The position numbers were made by a program, and so were the translations under genes. DNA of 64,000 bases from Fibrobacterales bacterium (GTDB taxonomy: Bacteria > Fibrobacterota > Fibrobacteria > Fibrobacterales > JAOPTW01): the NCBI GenBank assembly GCA_051532035.1, contig JAOPTW010000027.1, positions 32,001 to 96,000 on the forward strand, given 5' to 3'. Under the pieces are notes generated by a model that made no database searches, was not told the origin of the DNA, and was given only the letters and a program-made list of their open reading frames with translations. Every line of letters starts with the position of its first letter. Positions within the stretch are counted from its first letter, which is position 1. This document shows positions 9,985 through 20,779 of the stretch, one piece after another.

Positions 9985-12453
9985 TCACCGCTCTTTTTTC
10001 CGATTTTGAAATACTGCAGTACTCATTAACTGCCCTTCCGAAACACCATATTTCTCTAGAACATTAATACGACTCACGACCTCATTGGGTGCGAGTGCTC
10101 CATTAAGAGCATCGTAGTATGCATTCACCTTATTTCTCAGTTCTTCTTTCGTCTCATATAAAGCCTCGATTCGATAACTCGAAACCCCCATCTCTTTAAA
10201 ACGATCAATGAGCCGACCTGAAGACTGAGGCACCCCGTGATACATTGTATTGCGACAGGCGTAGTCTGGTTTTACGGGATGGATAACCCCTTTGTGATCT
10301 TTCAGAGACGCCTTATGCTTGCGACATGGTTTGCCACAGGTTTTCACATCAGTACCCTTTGACATAAAGGCAGCATACGGACAGTGCTCCATATAAAATG
10401 TGGGCATATAGTGATGCAGAATCAGCTCAACTTTTTCACCAGAAGTGTACGTCATCATTTGAGTGAGCTGCTCCATATTGAGATCATGACCGGGAGTGAA
10501 TCGTTCGACACCCTGATCAATAAACCATTCTGCACTGAGTGAGTTACAAATATTGAAACTGTAATCGGTCACTACAGGAAATGGATGGCTCTTAAAATAG
10601 TGCAGTGCAGCGAGGTTACGCGCCAACACACAATCGGGCTTAAGCTCTGCAATAATATCTAAATACTTAAGGTCAAAAGGTTTAATAACACGAAGGGTGG
10701 CAATCCCCACCTTAAACCCAAAGGAGCGTACCATTGTCATTGCATCTTCATACCGTCGACCATAATCAAAATCGAGGTAAACGATATCTATAGGCAACCC
10801 TTCTAGATAGGGAATCTGCTCGGGGTCTCTGATCAACACCGATAGCGTTATAGCCTCAGGTTTTTTTTGCATATACGGCAATGGAAGAGGTGTAGAGCTT
10901 TCATCTATAGAAAGAGGTGTTCTAAAGATTCGTACTTCATCGAGTTTTTCTACAATCTCTTTTCTGAGGCCACGCATCTGTTTTTGTGAAACATAAAGTG
11001 CACCATCAATTCGAGCTGAAAAAGATTTGACTCGGTAACAGCTTTTTCCCAGTTTACTACTTTCGTCTTCTAAAAATGATTCAGTTATTGAACGGCTCTT
11101 TGCCGCCTCGGGAATGGCAGTACTCCTAAAGGAGACTGAATACCCATCACTTGATGCAATTTCAACCCCAATGCCACTCCGTTCTGCAACCGTTAAGGAG
11201 AGGTCTATGGAAAAGGTTTTGAGTTGTTCAATCTGAGTAAAGGTTTTTTGCAGTTCTCGTTCTAAATCTGGCGCATCATTTTGATAGACTTTCCACCCTT
11301 TCGCAATCGCAGTTGGCTCAAACTCATTATTAAAACTGAGTTGCACTTTTGAATCACTCCCTTGCTCGACACTATAGATGCGAGCACCGTATCGGTCCCC
11401 TTGTTCAAAATCTATAAACGAAATCCCATCCCCCGCTTTTAGGGGGAGCCTACAAGAAACTTCTACTCTTTTACCAATAAGCCGCATAACTTCGCCAACA
11501 AAGGACCCTTGATGCGAACTAATAAAACCATTGACTAATTCTTGATGATTGACCCCATGGAGCCACCCAGAGTAAAATCCTCGCGAAAATAACAGTTCCA
11601 TCTCATGCTTCGCTTGTTCGGGTACGAGATTATTATCCATTACTGCTCTATAGTTAGACGTTGTCGAAGCGACATAGGCAGGGGACTTTAAGCGACCCTC
11701 AATTTTTAAAGCGGCAATACCCATTTCTTGTAACCTCGGGATCTCTGCAACTCCACAGAGATCTTGTGGAGAAAGGAGATATTTTTTCCCCTCGAGATCT
11801 CGAGATTCACCATCAACTATCAATTCAAAGTCGAGTCGACACGTTTGCGCACACTGTCCTCTATTAGCGGAGCGGCCACCAAACACTTCAGAAGTGAGAC
11901 ACTGTCCTGAATACGCAACACAGAGCGCACCATGTACAAACACTTCGAGTTCAACATCGCTCTTTTGAGAAACATCCTCTATCTCATCAAGAGACATCTC
12001 TCGCGACAAAGTAACCCGTTTAATCGAGAGATCATGGAGGGCATCAATAGCAAGGGCATTCGTTACGGTCATTTGGGTAGAGACATGAATATTCATGTCG
12101 GGGGCAATCGCTTTGATTAATTTAATCAGCCCAATATCTTGCACGATAAATGCATCAGGATTTAACCGAACCATTGCAGTAACAAATTCAGTAAGCTCTC
12201 GAATTTCATCTTCAAAAATTACAACGTTAAATGCCAGATTTGCCTCAACGCCATACAGGTGACAGAGGTCGATAAGCTCTTTCATATCATTCAAATCAAA
12301 ATCGATAGTTCGGCCACGAGCATTAAAACCAGGGACGCCAAAATAGACCTCTGTCGCACCATTATGTATGGCTGCTAAACACATTTCTCTATTGCCAACA
12401 GGGATTAAAAGATGAGATGTCACAGGTGACTCACTATTGAAGATATGGTGCAA
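9985..12453 (-). CDS. Long peptidase U32 family protein (RlhA-like RNA hydroxylase)
   Basis: HVSTQM, EVFVHGALCVAYSGQC, SANRGQCAQTCR and KIEGRLK motifs; second degenerate U32 half. Confidence 0.88.
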   Translation of the reverse strand: MHHIFNSESPVTSHLLIPVGNREMCLAAIHNGATEVYFGVPGFNARGRTIDFDLNDMKELIDLCHLYGVEANLAFNVVIFEDEIRELTEFVTAMVRLNPDAFIVQDIGLIKLIKAIAPDMNIHVSTQMTVTNALAIDALHDLSIKRVTLSREMSLDEIEDVSQKSDVELEVFVHGALCVAYSGQCLTSEVFGGRSANRGQCAQTCRLDFELIVDGESRDLEGKKYLLSPQDLCGVAEIPRLQEMGIAALKIEGRLKSPAYVASTTSNYRAVMDNNLVPEQAKHEMELLFSRGFYSGWLHGVNHQELVNGFISSHQGSFVGEVMRLIGKRVEVSCRLPLKAGDGISFIDFEQGDRYGARIYSVEQGSDSKVQLSFNNEFEPTAIAKGWKVYQNDAPDLERELQKTFTQIEQLKTFSIDLSLTVAERSGIGVEIASSDGYSVSFRSTAIPEAAKSRSITESFLEDESSKLGKSCYRVKSFSARIDGALYVSQKQMRGLRKEIVEKLDEVRIFRTPLSIDESSTPLPLPYMQKKPEAITLSVLIRDPEQIPYLEGLPIDIVYLDFDYGRRYEDAMTMVRSFGFKVGIATLRVIKPFDLKYLDIIAELKPDCVLARNLAALHYFKSHPFPVVTDYSFNICNSLSAEWFIDQGVERFTPGHDLNMEQLTQMMTYTSGEKVELILHHYMPTFYMEHCPYAAFMSKGTDVKTCGKPCRKHKASLKDHKGVIHPVKPDYACRNTMYHGVPQSSGRLIDRFKEMGVSSYRIEALYETKEELRNKVNAYYDALNGALAPNEVVSRINVLEKYGVSEGQLMSTAVFQNRKKER

Positions 12454-12505
12454 AAATAACTTTTTAGAAGGAGTGAGTCATCTTTTTGCCCTCTTTGTAC
12501 CAGGT

Positions 12506-13084
12506 TTATAGCGAGAAGAAGGCCTCTATTGCAAGTGAACTGATATCGAGAAGGCCAATTGACTCATTCGCAAATGCGTAGGTAAGGTAGGATTGAAGTG
12601 TCCCTGCACTCAAAGAGAGCCCTAATTCATTCATCACCCCAACGCCTTCAACAAGCAGTATTGAAAAGCCCGTATAGTAACCGATCCGAATACCCGATGG
12701 CCAGTAATAGGACCTAAACCGGTCATTCACCACAACATCATACTGAGGCGACACAATAGCGCTCACAGCCAAATGAGGAGTTATACCAATCGGATTCCCC
12801 AATATTGATCCAACCCCAATAGTAATTGGCTCTAAGCGACCTTTAATGGCAACACTATGTACCGCTACACCACCTAATGCAGCAGGAGTGAACCCGTAGG
12901 AGATAGAGCTATAAAGGTGGTTATTAAAATAACCATAACCAACACCAGCCGACAGCACCCCCTGATGACCTGCATACTGCACCACATAGCGTTCCGGTAC
13001 ATACCACGGATCAGCTAACTGAACCGACGACTCCGCTGCAGCTACAATACCGATGCTTAACAATATATACACAAGCCACTTCAT
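12506..13084 (-). CDS. Putative outer-membrane beta-strand protein
   Basis: Signal peptide, QYAG..G.LS.GVGY motif, amphipathic strands; translationally coupled to the phosphoesterase. Confidence 0.6.
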   Translation of the reverse strand: MKWLVYILLSIGIVAAAESSVQLADPWYVPERYVVQYAGHQGVLSAGVGYGYFNNHLYSSISYGFTPAALGGVAVHSVAIKGRLEPITIGVGSILGNPIGITPHLAVSAIVSPQYDVVVNDRFRSYYWPSGIRIGYYTGFSILLVEGVGVMNELGLSLSAGTLQSYLTYAFANESIGLLDISSLAIEAFFSL

Positions 13085-13902
13085 TAGAACCTCACCTCAT
13101 GATAGGTAAAAGCACTATCCTTAACATTGATCAACAGAACCGAACCTCCCGTTACATCATCTGCAACAAGATACTTCGTGGTACTCTCTGGGTAGACAAC
13201 GCGATCACTAAAAGAGTGGGTATGACCATGAACTGAGAGCAGCACCTCTTTCTCTTCCATAAGAGCGACATATTTTATTTCATCTTCCGTAGTAAACTGA
13301 TCTTTCCACGGTGGCACATGCGAGAAGAGTACTTGACCTTTACAGTCCTCTCCACAGAGCGTTGAATCCGAAAGCACTTGATCGAGCCATGGAAAATTTG
13401 GGGCATTATCAAAGTGCCATCCATTAGTATTACCAAGCACAAAATGATAGCCCTCAAAGGTAAAAGAATAATCGAGCGCTCCAAATGTGTGTTCATATAC
13501 TGCAATCCCCTCTGCGACACACTCATGATTTCCAATAGTCGTCACATAAGGAATAGTGAGTTTATCAATCGCATCAAAAAAGAACTCGTACTCTTTAAGA
13601 AGTCCAAATTTTGTAAAGTCCCCGGGCACCACCACAAAGTCAACCTCAGAAAGCGTATTGACGAATGTTACCATTTTATTGAGGTCATCAATATATTGGT
13701 GGGAGTCGGTGATCACTGCAATGGTGACCCCTTCGCCTTTTGGCTTTGCAGCAACAATTTTTGCTACTTCTCGTTGAGTCAGGTTGTGCATATCTGATTT
13801 AGAGCTTTCAACCGTGTAGGGCGTAAACTCAAACATACCACAACTGATAAGTAAGGCGACACTCAGGCCAATGCTAATACTTTTGATTATTGAAGAAACC
13901 AT
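13084..13902 (-). CDS. Calcineurin-like metallophosphoesterase lipoprotein
   Basis: Lipobox LLISC; DSH, GDFT, GNHE, HVPP and HGHTH metal motifs. Confidence 0.9.
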   Translation of the reverse strand: MVSSIIKSISIGLSVALLISCGMFEFTPYTVESSKSDMHNLTQREVAKIVAAKPKGEGVTIAVITDSHQYIDDLNKMVTFVNTLSEVDFVVVPGDFTKFGLLKEYEFFFDAIDKLTIPYVTTIGNHECVAEGIAVYEHTFGALDYSFTFEGYHFVLGNTNGWHFDNAPNFPWLDQVLSDSTLCGEDCKGQVLFSHVPPWKDQFTTEDEIKYVALMEEKEVLLSVHGHTHSFSDRVVYPESTTKYLVADDVTGGSVLLINVKDSAFTYHEVRF

Positions 13903-13911
13903 TATCTGCCC

Positions 13912-14502
13912 TTAAAAGGTATACCCTACATTAAACTCAGTCCACCGAAAGGTCTTATAGTCACTCAGCAACAATCCATTACTTTCAAGACGAAGTTCTA
14001 TGTTCTTGTACTGTACCCCCGAACCAAGGCGCATATTCATATGAAGATCTTGCGAGGCATACCGGTCGTCTCTTGTGAGACGAGTATGACTCACAACCGA
14101 TAGACCTGCACCCGCAATACCACTGACCATTATTGATCGAGTTACCTGATAGTAGGGCTTAACCTGTGGAGTCACTTTATAAATATTCGCAATAGTTGTT
14201 GTTCCCGAGCGCTCTTCCGATATCGTTGAAAAACCCACTTGTCCACCGACCGCAATGCTCTTGATAAACGACCGATATCGATCAAAATTTATATTTTGGC
14301 CAGTAGATACCCCTTTACTAAAACCAAGTGGTGAACGTTCTCCCTGCATCATAGCCTTCTCACCCTTTAGATCGAAGGGAACTACTCGCGTAACCCCAAT
14401 TGAAATTGATGAACCGACAGGAGATGCCGTTACGAGTACTGGAAGTATCGCAAAAATTATTAATGCTGTTTTTATCAAATGTATCATACTTAGTTTTCCC
14501 AA
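13912..14502 (-). CDS. Putative small outer-membrane beta-barrel protein
   Basis: Signal peptide, alternating strands, C-terminal FNVGYTF. Confidence 0.65.
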   Translation of the reverse strand: MGKLSMIHLIKTALIIFAILPVLVTASPVGSSISIGVTRVVPFDLKGEKAMMQGERSPLGFSKGVSTGQNINFDRYRSFIKSIAVGGQVGFSTISEERSGTTTIANIYKVTPQVKPYYQVTRSIMVSGIAGAGLSVVSHTRLTRDDRYASQDLHMNMRLGSGVQYKNIELRLESNGLLLSDYKTFRWTEFNVGYTF

Positions 14503-14713
14503 ACAATTAAGTCACCCCTGTAACACATGAGATGATTAATAGTGTCACTCTTTTATAACAATGACTTCTGAGATGTAACATACGAAAAAACAGAACATTA
14601 GGCAATGCTAATATTGTATCATTGTGTAACAAAGTGTATCAGAGAACGAATACTGACCTCCCTCTTAACGACAGCATACGACGAAAGCAATGGCTGCGCT
14701 GGATCAAAACAAC

Positions 14714-14745
14714 AAACGGTTCACTTTATACAAAGTGAACCGTTT
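14714..14745 (-). terminator. Terminator-like hairpin after the lactate permease
   Basis: AAACGGTTCACTTT-ATAC-AAAGTGAACCGTTT perfect 14-bp stem. Confidence 0.8.
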
Positions 14746-14773
14746 ATGTTACGTAAAATTTACACAAGTTCTA

Positions 14774-16369
14774 TTAGAGCAGGTAAGAGAGCGCTCCAGC
14801 GATTACACCGTACACTACCATAGCAATAGATGTTCTCTTAAGAATATACCCTTCACTATTTTGGAGTGCAAGTATTGAACAAACGGCAACAATGTTATTG
14901 ATACAGACCATATTACCCATAGCACCACCTGCTGATTGGAGCGCAAGAATAGTAGTACGGTTAAGTCCAAGGTTACCTGCAATAGAGTCTTGAATCCCTG
15001 CAAAGGTTAAGTTTGATACCGTATTTGAGCCTGAGAAAAATGAACCAAGTGCCCCAAGATACGCTGCAAAAAACTGCCAGCTTTTTCCCGTAACATCAGT
15101 AAAGAAATTTCCCATGAGTGCTACCGGCGAATTATCTCCACCAGACATCATAAATTTTACAAAGATGAGCGCCGCAAAAAGTGCAAGGGCCGGATTCTTA
15201 AGACGTGAAGTAGTTTCACTAAATACTGCTTTTACATCGCTCTTACTGCTTTTAAACACCCAAAAGGTGATGACAGAGACAAGCATAAATGGTACCAACG
15301 ATGGTACATACAGCAACTTATGACTCCAACTGTATTCAGTATAGAGAATATTTTTAAGACCCACAACCAGTGCTGGACTTATCGTAAAGGTACCCAAACC
15401 TCCAAGTGACAGTGATGCATGTGGTTCACTTAAAGTGAGGAGTCCTTTGAGGCCGAGGCTCGAAATACGGGTAACGATAAGTATGAGCAACGTTCCCCAA
15501 AGTGGAAATGAGGCTTTAACCAAAGCACCCATTTTTACCGGTTCAGCTTTTTCTATGGCCTGGGATGCTTGTGTTTCACCAGAATCTTTCAGTCCAATTC
15601 TAAGTTTTGCAAAAATACCCGAGAAGATAAGACCTGAAAAGCCACCAACAATAGAAGGAAATTCGTAGTTGTATTTTGCAACTGCAACATAGGGAACCAC
15701 CGTCGCAAGAATACTAAGGAGCACAAACAACCAGTTTGCTTTCACTTCTTTTTTAGTCGCAACAAAAAGCAGGGCAATCCAAGGAATAACCAGCGCTGCA
15801 GCCGCATTAATAATTGCCGATTTAATACCAATCTCTGAGAGTTCTGCGTTACTTAATGTCAGAGCCGAAAAGCCAAACCACGTAGGCGTACCGACCGCGC
15901 CAAAGGAGACGGGTACTGAGTTCATTATTAAGGCAAGGATTGCAACACGCATAGCAGGGAAACCGAGCCCCACAAGAAGCGGAGCAGCAATTGCTGCAGG
16001 TGTACCAAAGCCACTCGCGCCTTCAATAAGAAAGGGGAACGCCCATCCAACAATCATCAATTGTGCTATTCTATTATCAGTAATACCATTAAGCCATGCA
16101 CGAATCGTATCCATTGCACCGGTCTGTTCCATAGTTTTAAAGAGAAGAATTGCGCCCCAAATAATCAAAATGGGAGTCCATGAAGTTAAAAACCCTTGCA
16201 CCATCAGAGCCACAAGATCAATGAGGTTTCGATCAAACACAAAGACCATTACAAGAAACAGAGATACCGCTGCAATAGGTAACGCCTTATGCGATGGGAC
16301 TGCATTCTTTTTTACCATCAACCATATAAGGAGGAGGAGGGGGATAAAAGACATTATAGTTTGAAGCAT
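14774..16369 (-). CDS. lctP: Lactate permease (LctP family)
   Basis: IEGASGFGTPAAI, NSVPVSFGAVGTP, GSFFSGSNTVSNL; about 14 TM segments. Confidence 0.93.
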   Translation of the reverse strand: MLQTIMSFIPLLLLIWLMVKKNAVPSHKALPIAAVSLFLVMVFVFDRNLIDLVALMVQGFLTSWTPILIIWGAILLFKTMEQTGAMDTIRAWLNGITDNRIAQLMIVGWAFPFLIEGASGFGTPAAIAAPLLVGLGFPAMRVAILALIMNSVPVSFGAVGTPTWFGFSALTLSNAELSEIGIKSAIINAAAALVIPWIALLFVATKKEVKANWLFVLLSILATVVPYVAVAKYNYEFPSIVGGFSGLIFSGIFAKLRIGLKDSGETQASQAIEKAEPVKMGALVKASFPLWGTLLILIVTRISSLGLKGLLTLSEPHASLSLGGLGTFTISPALVVGLKNILYTEYSWSHKLLYVPSLVPFMLVSVITFWVFKSSKSDVKAVFSETTSRLKNPALALFAALIFVKFMMSGGDNSPVALMGNFFTDVTGKSWQFFAAYLGALGSFFSGSNTVSNLTFAGIQDSIAGNLGLNRTTILALQSAGGAMGNMVCINNIVAVCSILALQNSEGYILKRTSIAMVVYGVIAGALSYLL

Positions 16370-17406
16370 CGTTTTTCCTTCTTTTCTTTATTTTTACAGT
16401 CCTGCTCACAACGGTAACAGATTTCATTTTCAAGCACCTCATTATTGAGGTACTGGGTTATATTATGAAGTGTTGTCTCTGCAATAGCATGGAGTGCCTC
16501 TTTGGTAAAAAAGGCTTGGTGAGAAGTAATGAGTACATTAGGAAAGCTCATTAATCTGGCCAACACATCATCTTGAATAAGGTCGATTGAGTGATCTTCA
16601 AAAAAGTAGTCGCCTTCTTCTTCATAAACATCAAGACCCGCCGCGCCAATATTGCCATGTTTCAGGCCATCAATAAGATCTTTGGTGTTAATAAGTCCAC
16701 CACGACCTGTATTGACTATAACCACTCCTGGTTTCATCATACCGATAGAGAAACGATTTATCATGTGATAGGTATCTTTAGTGAGCGGACAGGTAAGGTT
16801 GATCACATCACTCTGTCTATAGAGCTCATCAAGAGAGACATATTCGATTCCTCTCTCTTCGGCATAGTTCTCATCAGGATACAGATCATACGCAAGAACG
16901 CGCATACCAAAACCTTTTAAAATATCGATTAAACAACGACCAATTCGACCCGTTCCAATAACACCTACAGACTTGCCATACATATCAAAGCCAAGAAGAC
17001 CATTGAGCGCAAAGTTACCTTCACGAGTACGCGTGTAGGCGCGATAAATTTTTCTATTGAGCCCCATAAGAAGTGCAATGGTATGTTCTGCCACTGCATG
17101 AGGACTATACGCAGGAACCCGCGCAACATGCATTTTACCATAAGCCGCTTGCATATCGACATTGTTATATCCAGCACAACGCATCACAATAAGACGTGTC
17201 CCGTTTGCATACAGCTTTTCAATCACCTCTTTACTTAAGGTGTCATTAACAAAAGCACACACTATCTCATGACCATGTGCAAGTTCTGCAGTCACTTCAT
17301 TTAATCGTGGTTCCATATAGGTGATATCAAAATCATGTGATCTATTAACATCTTTAAAGGATGTTTGATCATAAGGCTTCGCATCAAAAAGAGCAATTTT
17401 AGCCAT
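16354..17406 (-). CDS. ldhA: NAD-dependent D-lactate dehydrogenase
   Basis: RCAGYNNVD, RVPAYSPHAVAEH, GTGRIG, NTGRG, LDVYEEE, HQAFFT. Confidence 0.93.
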   Translation of the reverse strand: MAKIALFDAKPYDQTSFKDVNRSHDFDITYMEPRLNEVTAELAHGHEIVCAFVNDTLSKEVIEKLYANGTRLIVMRCAGYNNVDMQAAYGKMHVARVPAYSPHAVAEHTIALLMGLNRKIYRAYTRTREGNFALNGLLGFDMYGKSVGVIGTGRIGRCLIDILKGFGMRVLAYDLYPDENYAEERGIEYVSLDELYRQSDVINLTCPLTKDTYHMINRFSIGMMKPGVVIVNTGRGGLINTKDLIDGLKHGNIGAAGLDVYEEEGDYFFEDHSIDLIQDDVLARLMSFPNVLITSHQAFFTKEALHAIAETTLHNITQYLNNEVLENEICYRCEQDCKNKEKKEKRCFKL

Positions 17407-17465
17407 TATCGTTCCCTCAGTATCTCAGTTTGGGCTAAAGATACCTTATCCATTTTTTTTGGTCA

Positions 17466-17479
17466 TTGATACTGATCAA
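17466..17479 (-). promoter_or_regulatory. FNR/Crp-family binding site upstream of ldhA
   Basis: TTGAT-ACTG-ATCAA exact FNR consensus; minus-strand -10 TATCTT at 17443-17438. Confidence 0.8.
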
Positions 17480-17643
17480 CAAAAGTTTGTATTCATTACA
17501 AGATTTCAAAGCTGTATTTAATTATTTGAGCATCCGTCTGTAACTACTGCTACACCAAAGATTTATGGAAAGATCGATTGTTCGTTTTTAACCAGATTTT
17601 GAATATTTTTACTGTTATAAATTAACGAACTTGAATTGAGCAC

Positions 17644-17671
17644 AAAAAAAGGGAGCCATGTAAAGCTCCCT
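17644..17671 (-). terminator. Intrinsic terminator
   Basis: Minus strand AGGGAGC-TTTACATG-GCTCCC-TTTTTTT after the 70-aa ORF. Confidence 0.75.
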
Positions 17672-17693
17672 CGTATTTCATTGTATTCGTCGG

Positions 17694-17906
17694 TTAGATA
17701 ACCTCTACGTCCACTTTTTTTATCCAAAACTGTTTTCGTCCTGTATCAATCTTTACTGCTGTAGGCTTAAGAGCCACGACCTTTGCAGCACCGGTATCAT
17801 AGGGGCCCTCAAACATAACTCGATCACCGACTTTAATATCTTGGTTTTTTCGGTTTTCTTCTTCATTTAAATCAATATCATTATCAAATTCATTTTCATC
17901 GCTCAT
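17694..17906 (-). CDS. Small hypothetical protein (acidic N-terminus, possible KOW/SH3-like fold)
   Basis: IKVGDRVMFEGPYDTG motif; purine-rich RBS; own terminator. Confidence 0.7.
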   Translation of the reverse strand: MSDENEFDNDIDLNEEENRKNQDIKVGDRVMFEGPYDTGAAKVVALKPTAVKIDTGRKQFWIKKVDVEVI

Positions 17907-18013
17907 AGCGCGCCCCTTTTTTAAAAAGTACCTCTCTCAGGGGTAAATGTAATAAAGAGTGTGTGAGAATTCCATCGTATACAAGGTAAACTTTGGGTAA
18001 CCAAACCTAGATA

Positions 18014-19123
18014 TCACTTATAAACTCTCATCACAACTTCTTCTTTACCAGGGACCGTCCGATCGACACTTTGTACAACCACCGCATACCCCGCCCCATA
18101 CTTGTCCCTGACTAAAAACTGCTGCCCAATACCATCTATAATCAGATGATCCATTGATGCAACTGTTGAGTTATTTGTATACACTCTTGTAAAATCATTC
18201 ATTACAAAATATTTTACTATATCACCCTTCCTCTCGTTACCATCAATAATAATCGAATCAGAAAAAAGCTCAACTGGACTTATAAGCAACGCAGTATCTA
18301 ATAATAGTCCACGCATTTGTTGATCCATATTAGAGGCCTCCTTGTCAGCATATTGCTGTAAAAAGGACAGGCCGGAAATTATTATCGTACTATCAAAACT
18401 AGTGAGAGCAATATCTACATTAACCCCTCTTACTTTTACCACCTCCCAATAAGGATAGCTCGTATCATTGTACAATTCATAGGTAGACTCACTCGAACCA
18501 GAGACCAACAGCACATCTACATAGGCTACTGAATCATTTTCTACACTATCACAATAGTTATTCCCTTCTGCATAAAAGCGAGGAGCATAACCACCTGGCC
18601 CACCATTAACAACAAATTCACCCTCTACCTTTATTAAAAATCGGGAATCGTATCCGTAGGTATAATATCCACTACAAATCGCACTCTTAGGAGCTATAGT
18701 ATATGTCTTTAATGCACTTCCTTCATCCTCCACAGTCAATGAATCGATAGTAAAAAGCGTATCTCCAGATATTTGTTCACCACTCTGTGTATCACCTCCT
18801 ATCTCATTGTAATGTAAAACAGTTCTATCCCCTTGCTTCAAAACAACTTTAAGCTTATGTTGAAACATATTTATAGTCTCCCCATCACGCATAGCATTCC
18901 GCATCGTAACATCTATAGAACGACCCTCGGGTAAAACTGGTACACCAGCCTCTCTAGAAAAGCCATTAAAAGTATCTGAACTGAATTCCCAATCAATTGA
19001 ATCTGAACCTAATGTAAATTCATTATTGCGCATAACTCCAGGCACTATATCAATTTCTTCTTGATCAACATTTTGCAAATTACATCCAACAATTACCAAC
19101 AAAACCATTAATACACTATACAT
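18014..19123 (-). CDS. Lipoprotein of unknown function (last gene of the ECF/caspase operon)
   Basis: GGAGG RBS, ATG at 19123, lipobox VIVGC; beta-rich sequence. Confidence 0.8.
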   Translation of the reverse strand: MYSVLMVLLVIVGCNLQNVDQEEIDIVPGVMRNNEFTLGSDSIDWEFSSDTFNGFSREAGVPVLPEGRSIDVTMRNAMRDGETINMFQHKLKVVLKQGDRTVLHYNEIGGDTQSGEQISGDTLFTIDSLTVEDEGSALKTYTIAPKSAICSGYYTYGYDSRFLIKVEGEFVVNGGPGGYAPRFYAEGNNYCDSVENDSVAYVDVLLVSGSSESTYELYNDTSYPYWEVVKVRGVNVDIALTSFDSTIIISGLSFLQQYADKEASNMDQQMRGLLLDTALLISPVELFSDSIIIDGNERKGDIVKYFVMNDFTRVYTNNSTVASMDHLIIDGIGQQFLVRDKYGAGYAVVVQSVDRTVPGKEEVVMRVYK

Positions 19124-19133
19124 ACATCCTCCC

Positions 19134-20708
19134 TTAAAATAGTTCATACGAGACTCCAATTTTACACCCTAACCATCCGTACATTCCACGGCTTATTGAC
19201 AAATAGTTATCGTACTCAAAACCAAAAGGCCGCAATGATGGCTTATTATCGAAGTTCGCAACAATATTTGCCGACACTCCGAGCCACAGTGAAAATCGAC
19301 TATATGAGGTAACTTCTGCAAGTACTGAAAGGTCCGTTATCAGCTCATCTCTTTCCCCCTGGTAACCCTCCCAATTGTTCTCATTCCACCCCCAATTATC
19401 TCGTGCATTATATACCCAATATTCACTCAACAGCATATGAAGGTTAAAACCTGTAAACGGCAACGAATATCCTAAACCAAATCCCATTGTGAGATACCCT
19501 CCATCACGAGTAGGAAGATTCACTCCCGACGAAAGATGAAATTTGAAATTCTGATACCCCAGAATTGCACCGCCAGTCAGGATACCACTTTCGGTACCCA
19601 ACACTAATAACGACATGTTAAACGGGCTCGTTGATTGACCATCATTATCCCCAGTAGAATCTTCAGCGTCTCCCCTTAAACGAGTCCGTTCAACTTCACT
19701 CGACTCCAATTGATCATTTGAAACTATAACAATTCTATTTTCTATCAAATTCACAGAACGTTTTTTCCATTGATTATTCTCTTCAACCGAAATAGAATAG
19801 TGCATCTGATCAAGCCCCAGCTCAACAACTCTCCCTTGAGCCTTATAGAGCTCAGTCACAAGGACCCCTTTGCTATTCGTGATATAAATCCTACCTGATA
19901 TCCCTTTTCCAAAAACAATGGTTCTATCGCTCTTTCTGAGATCGGTCATAATAACATCACCACTCCCCGAAAGCTTCATATCATAACTAGGATGCTGCGC
20001 TCCGCCCTGTGTATTTTGCGTTCTATTCAGCGTCTCATTAAAGGCAAACTGATAAGCCTCACCAAGAGTTATTTTCCCATCACGACTAACGTCTGCTGCA
20101 CCACGCATTCCCGACACCAAGTAATGAGTAAAGAACGACCCACCAATTGCCTCTGACTCTTGTGACGCTTCTGTATTTGAACTCGAGGTTATAAAGGCGT
20201 ACCCCGAAAGATCATTTGATGCATCTACCAAAAATGCCTGCTTGCGATAGCCACCTTTCACTTGAGTGATAGCCCCCGATGCACAAGCATCAAGAATCGT
20301 CACTTTAAGTTGCGCTGGGAGTTTATCAATATCTTTTCTGAGTACTCGATAATCATAATTATCATTTCCAAAAAAGAGCCCGTTTTCATTTGCATGGCCA
20401 GAAAAATACAGTACAATCTCTCGTCTATTTGTTGTGGGCACACTATCTAATCGCATAGACAGATCGGTGAGCGCACGATGAAAATGTTCGGCACTTGGTT
20501 CAAGGAGCATTGTTTGGTTTTCTTTGGGAACCCCTCCAATTTCAGTAAGTACCCTACCAACGTTTTGTGCATCAGTGTGTGCATATTTAAGGAGGTCTCG
20601 TTTAACCCCTCCGTAGTTTACACCAACAATAATGGCGTATCGCTCAATCTCTTGCACCGCAAAGAGAGAAGAGCAAAGTAATAATATAAGACTTATACCT
20701 ATTTTCAT
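19134..20708 (-). CDS. Exported caspase-like (peptidase C14) protein with C-terminal beta-barrel-like domain
   Basis: Signal peptide; RYAIIVGVN, LKYAHTDA, YFSGH (His), ILDACASG (Cys), SQES..IGGSFFTHYLVSGMRGAAD; C-terminus IGVSYELF. Confidence 0.9.
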   Translation of the reverse strand: MKIGISLILLLCSSLFAVQEIERYAIIVGVNYGGVKRDLLKYAHTDAQNVGRVLTEIGGVPKENQTMLLEPSAEHFHRALTDLSMRLDSVPTTNRREIVLYFSGHANENGLFFGNDNYDYRVLRKDIDKLPAQLKVTILDACASGAITQVKGGYRKQAFLVDASNDLSGYAFITSSSNTEASQESEAIGGSFFTHYLVSGMRGAADVSRDGKITLGEAYQFAFNETLNRTQNTQGGAQHPSYDMKLSGSGDVIMTDLRKSDRTIVFGKGISGRIYITNSKGVLVTELYKAQGRVVELGLDQMHYSISVEENNQWKKRSVNLIENRIVIVSNDQLESSEVERTRLRGDAEDSTGDNDGQSTSPFNMSLLVLGTESGILTGGAILGYQNFKFHLSSGVNLPTRDGGYLTMGFGLGYSLPFTGFNLHMLLSEYWVYNARDNWGWNENNWEGYQGERDELITDLSVLAEVTSYSRFSLWLGVSANIVANFDNKPSLRPFGFEYDNYLSISRGMYGWLGCKIGVSYELF

Positions 20709-20779
20709 ACTGTTCCTTTAGTAGTAAAATCGTAATAAAATTTTTCTCAATTTTTTCCTGAATGGTCACACAACCCTTA

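Noticed and set aside
19134..20708. Caspase as an abortive-infection or cell-death effector
   Set aside because: Signal peptide implies export; no gasdermin, NLR/STAND, TIR or CRISPR partner nearby
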